Below, in pieces: positions 1 to 8,389 of a DNA stretch of 61,599 bases (its first letter is position 1; each line of letters begins with the position of its first letter). The notes under the pieces were generated by a model. That model had not been told where the DNA came from. It saw nothing but the letters and a program-made list of their open reading frames with translations, and did no database searches. Source of the DNA: Oscillospiraceae bacterium. Lineage in GTDB: Bacteria; Bacillota; Clostridia; Oscillospirales; Oscillospiraceae. The position numbers and the translations under genes are program-made. The DNA lies in contig JAISLF010000064.1 in assembly GCA_031260605.1 (NCBI GenBank), positions 1-61,599 on the forward strand, given 5' to 3'.

Positions 1-2810
1 AGGAGTCCGACGACGGAGGAGGAAACAGAGTCGTTTCGCGGACTTGTTTCAATCCACGGACTCCGCGCAGGAGTCCGACTTTGCGACTCGTAGCGGCTCA
101 AGCAGTGCTTCCTGTTTCAATCCACGGACTCCGCGCAGGAGTCCGACCTGCTGTGCTACACCACAAACGCGCCGTCCATCGAGGTTTCAATCCACGGACT
201 CCGCGCAGGAGTCCGACTACCCCGCGCCCGCGCTGCCCTGCGTCCTCACGCGTTTCAATCCACGGACTCCGCGCAGGAGTCCGACGAATTCCCCGCCGAT
301 ATGCTTTCCGGCAACATAGGTTTCAATCCACGGACTCCGCGCAGGAGTCCGACGCGGGCGTGGGTATGATTGACGGAGTATCATTTTGTTTCAATCCACG
401 GACTCCGCGCAGGAGTCCGACGCAGAGCGACGGAATGCCGCCCGCCCACATTTTGTTTCAATCCACGGACTCCGCGCAGGAGTCCGACAAAACAGGGTCA
501 GTTAGGAGTAATTGCGCCACTACGTTTCAATCCACGGACTCCGCGCAGGAGTCCGACCTATGCGATACAGCGACGCTGCGGGGAGTATGGACGTTTCAAT
601 CCACGGACTCCGCGCAGGAGTCCGACGTTTGCCGCCAGACGGCAGACTGGATTGTAGGCAGTTTCAATCCACGGACTCCGCGCAGGAGTCCGACTTCGTT
701 GAACTGGGCAAGTAGCTTGGGGTCGAGCGTTTCAATCCACGGACTCCGCGCAGGAGTCCGACTCACAAAAAACACAATTGTCAGTACTGTTGCGCCGTTT
801 CAATCCACGGACTCCGCGCAGGAGTCCGACTCAAATTCCAGTACGCCGCCACGCTATTATAACGTTTCAATCCACGGACTCCGCGCAGGAGTCCGACCTT
901 TCGACAATTCTGCATATATTCTAAGATATACAGTTTCAATCCACGGACTCCGCGCAGGAGTCCGACATGTTCTTTTTTATACTCACATTAAAGCCTGACA
1001 GTTTCAATCCACGGACTCCGCGCAGGAGTCCGACAGCTGCGAATCCCGGTGAGGGTGAGCGTCAACCCGTTTCAATCCACGGACTCCGCGCAGGAGTCCG
1101 ACTCTGCTCTTCGGGGTTGCACTCCTCGCGTATGTAGTTTCAATCCACGGACTCCGCGCAGGAGTCCGACCCAATAAAAGTACCGGCGAGCGACAGAACT
1201 GTATTGTTTCAATCCACGGACTCCGCGCAGGAGTCCGACCTCAACGCACAGAACGCAGTAAACGGCGGCGTGGTTTCAATCCACGGACTCCGCGCAGGAG
1301 TCCGACGTTTGACCACATAATTATCAATAACAACTGAAAATGTTTCAATCCACGGACTCCGCGCAGGAGTCCGACTGTCGTTAAAACCGTCCACACGCCC
1401 CACGCATTAGTTTCAATCCACGGACTCCGCGCAGGAGTCCGACGAGGCGATTGGCACGGTGAAAAACCCAATGATACGTTTCAATCCACGGACTCCGCGC
1501 AGGAGTCCGACACGAGTGCGCGGGCGTGGCGTCGGAGCTGATACGCGTTTCAATCCACGGACTCCGCGCAGGAGTCCGACTCGATCATTCCTTGAATATC
1601 ATTTACGCCGATTGTGTTTCAATCCACGGACTCCGCGCAGGAGTCCGACCTATAAACATCGGCTACGGCAACGCTGCTTCAAATGTTTCAATCCACGGAC
1701 TCCGCGCAGGAGTCCGACCTATGTTGGCGGGATACGCTTAAGGTAAGGAGGAGTTTCAATCCACGGACTCCGCGCAGGAGTCCGACCGGCAGATTCTGCC
1801 GCGAACCTTGTTGCGGCTGTGTTTCAATCCACGGACTCCGCGCAGGAGTCCGACTGGCGATTTGCTGTATGTAAAAATCTTGAATTAGTGTTTCAATCCA
1901 CGGACTCCGCGCAGGAGTCCGACTGTTATCGGACGCTGTCCGCAAAAACACCGCGCCGTTTCAATCCACGGACTCCGCGCAGGAGTCCGACCTACGCTTT
2001 TTTCGAGTGGCACTGTCACTTTTTCGGTTTCAATCCACGGACTCCGCGCAGGAGTCCGACTTGAAAACCCGCTCGCCATTTTCTTTGACAATTCCGTTTC
2101 AATCCACGGACTCCGCGCAGGAGTCCGACACGCTAAGCGTAAGTCCGTTGGGCTGACGGAGGAGGTTTCAATCCACGGACTCCGCGCAGGAGTCCGACTC
2201 AACCTCAACGCAAGTAGCACACAGCCCAGCTGTTTCAATCCACGGACTCCGCGCAGGAGTCCGACGAAACGCCAAAATGTCGCACGTTATGCTGATACCG
2301 TTTCAATCCACGGACTCCGCGCAGGAGTCCGACCTCTCAACGCGTATTTTCGGCGCAAAGGATTGACGGTTTCAATCCACGGACTCCGCGCAGGAGTCCG
2401 ACCGCTTTATCATAAATGGAGGCAAAAAACATGACGGTTTCAATCCACGGACTCCGCGCAGGAGTCCGACATCACACTCGCACCCCACCGCCCCTTTTTT
2501 CTCGTTTCAATCCACGGACTCCGCGCAGGAGTCCGACCCCGACTTCTCAACAAGCGCAACCTGCTCGTCAAGTTTCAATCCACGGACTCCGCGCAGGAGT
2601 CCGACGGCGTTGGCTGCCGCAAGCGGATACGTTATTTCAAGTTTCAATCCACGGACTCCGCGCAGGAGTCCGACTTGCCGCGATTGTTTCTTGGGTTAAA
2701 CTGAGCCTGTTTCAATCCACGGACTCCGCGCAGGAGTCCGACTCCTGTTCGGTGTCAATTACACGGTCGCGCTTTTGTTTCAATCCACGGACTCCGCGCA
2801 GGAGTCCGAC
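1..2810 (-). CRISPR. CRISPR array with a type I-C-like repeat: 41 complete repeats, one partial repeat at the window edge, 41 spacers
   Basis: The 34-nt unit gtttcaatccacggactccgcgcaggagtccgac (plus strand) recurs every 67-70 nt (starts 46, 114, 184, 252 ... 2709, 2777). All copies look identical by eye. Spacers are 33-36 nt and unique. The reverse complement GTCGGACTCCTGCGCGGAGTCCGTGGATTGAAAC ends in the ATTGAAAC handle typical of I-C and contains a 7-bp stem GGACTCC/GGAGTCC. The adjacent cas genes are on the minus strand. Bases 1-11 are the tail of a further repeat, so the array continues off the window. Confidence 0.97.
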
Positions 2811-3071
2811 TGCAAAATTGCACAAATGTGCTGCTTTGCTTTTATGCAAACTGCGCGAAATCGTCCTACTCGTCTAATTTTGGCGCAGATTTGCCCTTGT
2901 TTTTTGCGATTTCCGAAAAATCACACTTCTTTTTACTCTGTTTTTTGGTGCGAACGTTCCGGTTTTTTATGTTCGCTTTGGGTTCGCACCTGCGCGGCGC
3001 GTCCCCGCTCCCGGGTTAAGCGCGTTGCGTATGCGCGCGGTTACTTCTGGTGTCCTGTCATCCGCTCCCAC
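2811..3071 (-). promoter_or_regulatory. CRISPR leader (between the cas2 stop and the first repeat)
   Basis: Non-coding, T/A-rich stretch between the cas2 stop (3072) and the leader-proximal repeat (2777-2810). Position and orientation follow from the cas operon direction. No promoter was mapped. Confidence 0.6.
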
Positions 3072-3362
3072 TCACACAATCAGCGGGTCTGTTACGTCAA
3101 AGGACGGCTTGGCTCCGTAATGCTCGGTCTTGCTCTTGTAGTTGTTGCCGAGCGAGTAAAAGCGCAGGCTGTCAAGCTCCGGGTCGATGATTTTCACAAG
3201 CTTGTCCTTTACAAGGCGCAGCTGCGCCGCGTCCAACACGCACTCAAACACCGAGTTTTGCACGCGCTGCCCGTAGTTGACGCAGTTTTTTGCAACGTGC
3301 CGCAAACGCCGTCGCCCGGCGGCTGTTTCCGTGTTTACATCGTAGGTAATCAGTACAAGCAT
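3072..3362 (-). CDS. cas2: CRISPR-associated endoribonuclease Cas2
   Basis: 96 aa from the internal ATG (MLVLITYDVNTETAAGRRRLRHVAKNC...), a typical Cas2 N-terminus. It is the last gene before the array. The longer ORF-track start (3449) would overlap cas1. Confidence 0.9.
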   Translation of the reverse strand: MLVLITYDVNTETAAGRRRLRHVAKNCVNYGQRVQNSVFECVLDAAQLRLVKDKLVKIIDPELDSLRFYSLGNNYKSKTEHYGAKPSFDVTDPLIV

Positions 3363-3366
3363 TGCT

Positions 3367-4398
3367 TCACTTCCACAAAAACGGCGGGTATTCGTCCAAA
3401 TCACCGCGCAGGTGCCGCGCGAGCAGGAGTGACTGCGCGTACGGCACAAGCCCCCACGCGATTTTCTCGTTCAAAAACGGGTGGCTTAGCTGCTCCTGCT
3501 TGCGTTTTTGCCACGCCGTTAAAACCGCGCGGCGCGTATCGTCGTCCATTATCACCGCGCCGCTTTCCTTTACAGTAAAGCCTGATGCGTCCACCTGGCG
3601 CGTGTTTATCAGCGTTAGCACGAACCTGTCGGCAAGCGGCGCGCGCAGTTCCTCCAGCAAGTCAAGAGCCAGAGACCGCCGACCCGGCCTGTCGCGGTGC
3701 AAAAAGCCCACGTATGAGTCCAGACCCACCGAGGTCAGCGCGGACGCTATGTCGTTTCCAAGCAGCGTGTAGATAAAAGACAGAAGCGCGTTCACGCGGT
3801 CAAGAGGCGGACGGCGCGAGCGGGTGCGGAAGAAAAAATCGTCCTTGCTTTGCAGTATCATATCGTCAAAAACCGAAAAATACTGCTGCGCCGCTTCTCC
3901 CTCAATACCGCGCAGCTCGCCGAGCGTTTTTGCGCTCTGCAGCGCGGCGTAGGCATCTGCTATGAAGCCGGAGACGCGCTTTAGCTTTTCCACATCGAGC
4001 CGCAGTGAATAATCGCGCGTGGCGCGTTCTATAACCCAGCGGCTGTTGAAGAGCTTTCCCGTTAGGATATTTCTCGCGATTGCGGCGCTGGCTTCCTCGC
4101 TGTCAGACACGCGGTATTGCGTTTTGCGTAGCGTGACATTGCCCTGCTCCACACCGTGAACGCCCGCGATAAACCGCCCATGCGTGGTGAGAAAGGACAG
4201 AGATATTTTGTTCTCGGCGCACTTGCCCATAAGCGCGGGAGACGCGCCGGTATACCCAAAGGTGACGATTCCCTCCAGGTTGTGCAGCGGCACTCGCTTT
4301 ATTTCCTCGTCTTCATTAAGAATAACCACGTTTTCGCCGTCAAGCGAAAGGTACGCGTCCGGCGATGTAACATACAGCGTATTGAGCAGTATTTTCAC
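3367..4398 (-). CDS. cas1: CRISPR-associated endonuclease Cas1 (type I-C)
   Basis: 343 aa from the GTG at 4398 (VKILLNTLYVTSPDAYLSLDGENVV...). The GTG overlaps the cas4 stop as GTGA (4395-4398). The upstream part of the ORF-track ORF (to 4656) lies inside cas4 in another frame. Confidence 0.9.
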   Translation of the reverse strand: MKILLNTLYVTSPDAYLSLDGENVVILNEDEEIKRVPLHNLEGIVTFGYTGASPALMGKCAENKISLSFLTTHGRFIAGVHGVEQGNVTLRKTQYRVSDSEEASAAIARNILTGKLFNSRWVIERATRDYSLRLDVEKLKRVSGFIADAYAALQSAKTLGELRGIEGEAAQQYFSVFDDMILQSKDDFFFRTRSRRPPLDRVNALLSFIYTLLGNDIASALTSVGLDSYVGFLHRDRPGRRSLALDLLEELRAPLADRFVLTLINTRQVDASGFTVKESGAVIMDDDTRRAVLTAWQKRKQEQLSHPFLNEKIAWGLVPYAQSLLLARHLRGDLDEYPPFLWK

Positions 4399-5054
4399 TC
4401 CGACCCCCCCATTGCTCCACTGATATATTCCCGCACGCTCGTGGCTTTCGGCAGACGCGGCAGGCAGATGTCCTTTAGCGAGCAAGCGTTGCAGGACTTC
4501 GTCATTTTCACGCGCGGAGTGTACCGCCGCTCGTAATAGCCGCGCATTTCGGCAAAGCTCTCCCGCACGGCGCCGCGCAGCTCTTCGGTCAACGCAACCG
4601 CCTCGCGCCGCCGTGTTTCTCCGTAATAAAGATACGCGGTTTCGATTTCCGGGCAAAGCAGCATTTCCTCAAGGCAGAGCGCTTGCGCGCAGAGCTGGAG
4701 CCTGTCAGCGTCGTTCACCTTAGGGCTGCCGCGCTTGTACTCAATGGGACAAGGCTGCCACAGTCCCTCACGCCCGTGCAGCGCCACTCCGTTGGGATTC
4801 GCGTGAAACTCCACAATATCGCACTGCCCGGAAACGCCGAGTGTGTTTGAAAACACGGGCATTTCACGCGTAATGATGGTGTTTCCTCGCTTTTCTCTAA
4901 AAAACGGGTCGTGCGCACGCTCGTGCATTAGCCTTCCCTCAACGGTGCGCAGGTTCTCGCTCCACGCCTGCTCGATATGAATCAGCGCCCACTGGCGGCG
5001 GCAGAACGAAAAGTGCTGTATACCGGAGATTTGCAGATAATCGTCCGCGTCCAC
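4395..5054 (-). CDS. cas4: CRISPR-associated exonuclease Cas4
   Basis: 219 aa. It has a RecB-like fold signature with an N-terminal Cys (HFSFCRRQW) and a C-terminal Cys cluster (CNACSLKDIC), as in Cas4. It sits between cas7 and cas1. Confidence 0.9.
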   Translation of the reverse strand: MDADDYLQISGIQHFSFCRRQWALIHIEQAWSENLRTVEGRLMHERAHDPFFREKRGNTIITREMPVFSNTLGVSGQCDIVEFHANPNGVALHGREGLWQPCPIEYKRGSPKVNDADRLQLCAQALCLEEMLLCPEIETAYLYYGETRRREAVALTEELRGAVRESFAEMRGYYERRYTPRVKMTKSCNACSLKDICLPRLPKATSVREYISGAMGGSE

Positions 5055-5056
5055 GG

Positions 5057-5929
5057 CTACAGCAGCTCCAGCAGCGAAACGCCGTCCGGCATTGTCTTGT
5101 CAGCCTGAATATCGTAGTCACCGTACTTACGCGGAGGAGTTGTTTCGTCAACGCGTGTTGCCGTGATTTTCTCAAACAGTAACGACGCCGGGGCGTTGCC
5201 GAGAACGCTGTCGTGGCGAAAAGCGTACAGCTTTCGCGCGGACATCTTGCCTCGCGCGGCGGAATGGTCGTGCTCGAACATATTTTTAAGCGCTTGCCAA
5301 AACAGCTCAAGATCCTCTGCTGTAAAGCCGGTTTTCTTGGCGTAGTTTGCAGAGATAAAGCCCTCCGCGCGGTATAGAGCGTAGGGAACTACATATTTGC
5401 GTCCCATTGTGCGGTTCTCGCTCGCGGTTTCCTTTTCGGTGGTGGAGGCCATACGCGTAATTGTGACCTCCTGCTGCAAAATCGAGTCTTGGCTTTTCGC
5501 AAAGCAAAGCTGAATCGGCCCGCGAACCTGCCCGCACTTGTAGTCGCCCGTATCCATAACTGCGCCAAAGGTGCGTACATCAAAAAAGCGGTCGCACATC
5601 CATTCCTGTGCGCTCTTTTTTGATTCCTTTTTGTCCTCCTTTGCGGGAATTTCGAGCGCGTCATAAGCAAGCTTTTGCTGGTTGTTCAGCACAGAACCCT
5701 CGGTTACGTAAATATCGAGGTGTGAGCCGCGCTCGCTGTCCGCGTACTCGCGCGCAAGCTCGACGAAGTTTCTCACCTTGCGCTTTAAGCACACATCGGT
5801 GACGATTCCGAAGCCCGTCTGCGGGTCAATGCGCGGCATATTGCCCGCGTCCGGGTCGCCGTTCGGGTTGCCGTTTTCCACGTCGAAGTACAGCACGAAT
5901 TCGTAGCGGTTGTTAAGTATTTCAGACAT
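5057..5929 (-). CDS. cas7: Type I-C Cascade subunit Cas7c (Csd2)
   Basis: 290 aa from the ATG at 5929 (MSEILNNRYEFVLYFDVENGNPNGDPDAGNMPRIDP...), a Csd2-family signature. It overlaps the cas8c stop by 8 nt. Confidence 0.9.
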   Translation of the reverse strand: MSEILNNRYEFVLYFDVENGNPNGDPDAGNMPRIDPQTGFGIVTDVCLKRKVRNFVELAREYADSERGSHLDIYVTEGSVLNNQQKLAYDALEIPAKEDKKESKKSAQEWMCDRFFDVRTFGAVMDTGDYKCGQVRGPIQLCFAKSQDSILQQEVTITRMASTTEKETASENRTMGRKYVVPYALYRAEGFISANYAKKTGFTAEDLELFWQALKNMFEHDHSAARGKMSARKLYAFRHDSVLGNAPASLLFEKITATRVDETTPPRKYGDYDIQADKTMPDGVSLLELL

Positions 5930-6326
5930 TGTTTGTTTCCTCCGTTGTTGTGTTAGATGTTTCTTTTTTCTTCCATAGGTCGTGGTTTTGGTGATAATAG
6001 CCGACAATAAATCTTCCTTGGTCTTCCGCGTTCAATGTTTGCGGGAATCCTGTAGAGTCGAACTCCTCCATTATACTGCCGACAAGCTGATTGAAATAAA
6101 CCGCCCTGCCCTTGTTAAAGTCGGATTTTGCCAAGTGCTTTTTATGCAGCAAAAGCATTGATGTAAATACCATTTGCGGCGCGGCAAGAGCGGTATTTAG
6201 GTATTTGTCCAAAACGCTTGAGTTCACATTTCCAAGCGCCTCCTGCTGCGCCTTCTCAAATACCGCAATAAGCCGTCCCAATAAATACCCCCGATTTCTC
6301 TCCTCTAAATTCAGTGCCACTGTCAT
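5922..6326 (-). CDS. Putative internally translated Cas11c (small subunit), nested in frame in the 3' end of cas8c
   Basis: An in-frame ATG at 6326 is preceded by aagaGGAGaca. The product (134 aa) starts MTVALNLEERNRGYLLGRLIAVFEKAQQEA. Type I-C systems are known to make Cas11 from an internal start in cas8c. Applying that to this locus is an inference. Confidence 0.4.
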   Translation of the reverse strand: MTVALNLEERNRGYLLGRLIAVFEKAQQEALGNVNSSVLDKYLNTALAAPQMVFTSMLLLHKKHLAKSDFNKGRAVYFNQLVGSIMEEFDSTGFPQTLNAEDQGRFIVGYYHQNHDLWKKKETSNTTTEETNNV

Positions 6327-7688
6327 TGTCTCCTCTTGTTTATTTTTCCGCGCTGTGCGGTTTAGAAATCCTTTGACTACACCCGCGCGGGTGCGGTTTA
6401 CGTTCTTATCCGCCCGAACACGCGTGAGCATTGCGTTGTACAGGCTGTATGGATACGCCGATTCGTCGAGTATGCTGCGAATCAGCGCGCCCTCAAGCGT
6501 CGGCGGGATGTTATCGTATTTCTGCTGAACCGCCGTTTCGCGCAAAATGTCAATCGGCTTTGTCAGCCAATCCCGGTCACGCTCCGATTTAATTATCGCA
6601 ATGTCCTTATAGTGCTGTCCTATGCGCTCAAGCAGATTGCCGAAGGTGTCGGAATGGAAAAAGCGGATTACGAGGCGTGTTTTTGCGGCGGAAATGCCGA
6701 GAATGTGAAACGTCACATCCTTGTCAAAGCCCGTGGTGTCCGGGATTTTCCCGCTTTCAAAGGACGACAGCAGGCTTTGTATCTTCTTTGCGGCAGGCTC
6801 GTCCAAAATGCGTTCGTCCGATTTGCCGTCGTCCCAGTGGCCGCCGAACAGTGCGGAAAACGTTTCCTCTTCGTTTCTTGCCTCACTTTCCGCCCAGAAC
6901 AACACCTTTGTGTCCGCCATTCGCACAACGTGCTTTGAATCGGCAATTAGGGCATTCAGCGCGGTGGTGTATTTATGTTCGGCAATAACTGAAACCGGTG
7001 CATTTGTACCGTTATAATCTTCTTCTTTTTTGCCTTTTTTTATAACCCTCGTAAGATTATATGACTTAAAAGAATCTTGATTGAAACCTACTACCGTCGG
7101 CTTATCCTGTCCAAACCCGCCGATATTGCCGTGTATCCGTGAAATAGGAATATCAATATCGCCTGTGACTAAACACTGCCCTTTCTCAAAAGTCGTTACC
7201 AATTTTTCATAGTGCCGCACCCACGCCGACTTTACCGCATGGCGGTTGTGGATATAGCCCTCACTCCCCTCGAGACGAAAAACAATATTGCCGGCGTCGA
7301 GCTTATCGGATAGCTCCTGAACGTCCGCGTCAAAAAATTTCAGTACGGCGGCGGCTCCGTCGTCGTCAACGCCGCCGAGGACTTCACGGTGCAGCTCGCG
7401 CGACGCCTCGCGTTTTTGCTGCCCGCGCTTTTCGTCAGCCGCGAAAAAATATCCCGTGTTATCGCACAAAAACGCGGCGTCAACACCGGAGGAGCGCTTC
7501 GGCTGCTGGGGCGTTAACATCTGCTGCGGCTTTTTCGCGTCCACGAGCGAAATCACATCGCCTGCAAGCTTGCCGTCCAAATCCAGCGTAACGCACCACG
7601 CAACAGGCGTGACCGCCCAGCCCGGCATCGCGGCATTGCCGTTTTCCGCAAGCCGATCGTAGTACCCGCAAAGCGCCTGCAAAATCAT
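5922..7688 (-). CDS. cas8c: Type I-C Cascade large subunit Cas8c (Csd1)
   Basis: 588 aa, MILQALCGYYDRLAENGNAAMPGWAV..., a Csd1-like N-terminus. It lies between cas5 and cas7. Confidence 0.9.
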   Translation of the reverse strand: MILQALCGYYDRLAENGNAAMPGWAVTPVAWCVTLDLDGKLAGDVISLVDAKKPQQMLTPQQPKRSSGVDAAFLCDNTGYFFAADEKRGQQKREASRELHREVLGGVDDDGAAAVLKFFDADVQELSDKLDAGNIVFRLEGSEGYIHNRHAVKSAWVRHYEKLVTTFEKGQCLVTGDIDIPISRIHGNIGGFGQDKPTVVGFNQDSFKSYNLTRVIKKGKKEEDYNGTNAPVSVIAEHKYTTALNALIADSKHVVRMADTKVLFWAESEARNEEETFSALFGGHWDDGKSDERILDEPAAKKIQSLLSSFESGKIPDTTGFDKDVTFHILGISAAKTRLVIRFFHSDTFGNLLERIGQHYKDIAIIKSERDRDWLTKPIDILRETAVQQKYDNIPPTLEGALIRSILDESAYPYSLYNAMLTRVRADKNVNRTRAGVVKGFLNRTARKNKQEETMTVALNLEERNRGYLLGRLIAVFEKAQQEALGNVNSSVLDKYLNTALAAPQMVFTSMLLLHKKHLAKSDFNKGRAVYFNQLVGSIMEEFDSTGFPQTLNAEDQGRFIVGYYHQNHDLWKKKETSNTTTEETNNV

Positions 7689-8371
7689 ATCGTCACCGCC
7701 TTTGCCGTGTCAATCACGCCGCGCCGCATTTTCGCGCGGAAGAATTTCGGCGTGTATTCGTACTCTTTCTTCTCTTCGTTCACGGTCTTATACTCCATAT
7801 CCCACAGCATAAAGCCGAGGTCTCGGCTCTCCGTATCCGCGTAGTAGCTCTCCGGCACGGTGTCGCCCTCTTCTATCAGCCGAAAGTGCGCTGCGAATTC
7901 GCGCGTGCCGAAATACGGCTGGTTGTAGCATTGCCCGCGCCTTGCGCGGCGATTGAACTGGTCGAGAAACTTGCCGATATTGTCGCTTTCGGTCATTTTC
8001 TCGCGGACAAGCTCAAAATGTGCGTCGATTATGTACGCCACATCGCGTAAAAGCAGTGTCGCCCGCTGCTGGCGGTCCTCGGTTATCACTTGGTGCAGGT
8101 CAATATCGCCGCCTTTTTGCGCAGTAGTTATATTGCGCGGCGGAATCTTTCCGCCAAGCTCGTTTCTCCGCACGGAATCAAAGCGAATCTCGTTTAGCAC
8201 CGTGAGCTTATCCACAACCCAGCGCATTCCGGGGTGCCAGTACACTGCCTCAAGAACTCCGCGCGCGGCAGACGGCGTAATCACGTCGTAGCTCACGCGC
8301 TCCGCCTTCATTTCGGGGCGGGTGAAGCATGCGTAATCGCCCCAAACCAAAAGTCTCACGCCGTAACCCAT
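7685..8371 (-). CDS. cas5: Type I-C pre-crRNA processing subunit Cas5c (Cas5d)
   Basis: 228 aa, MGYGVRLLVWGDYACFTRPEMKAERVSYDVITPSAARG..., a Cas5d signature. It overlaps the cas8c start by 4 nt. Confidence 0.9.
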   Translation of the reverse strand: MGYGVRLLVWGDYACFTRPEMKAERVSYDVITPSAARGVLEAVYWHPGMRWVVDKLTVLNEIRFDSVRRNELGGKIPPRNITTAQKGGDIDLHQVITEDRQQRATLLLRDVAYIIDAHFELVREKMTESDNIGKFLDQFNRRARRGQCYNQPYFGTREFAAHFRLIEEGDTVPESYYADTESRDLGFMLWDMEYKTVNEEKKEYEYTPKFFRAKMRRGVIDTAKAVTI

Positions 8372-8389
8372 AGTTTTTCCTCCTATACC

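Noticed and set aside
1307-1341. Spacer with ttatcaataacaa identical to the minus strand of 46336-46348 (possible self-target).
   Set aside because: Only 13 of 35 nt match, in an AT-rich low-complexity motif. It is not a protospacer.
44-2877. Many ORF-track ORFs on both strands across 44-2877 (e.g. 81-998, 2416-2877) with recurring peptide motifs such as FQSTDSAQESD, FNPRTPRRSPT and VSIHGLRAGVR.
   Set aside because: These are translations of the CRISPR repeat in different frames. The periodicity equals the repeat-spacer unit. They are not coding.
2775-3578. 267-aa plus-strand ORF spanning the leader and antisense to cas2/cas1.
   Set aside because: It runs antisense to well-supported cas genes, has an Arg/Ala-rich composition typical of GC-rich antisense frames, and shows no motif.
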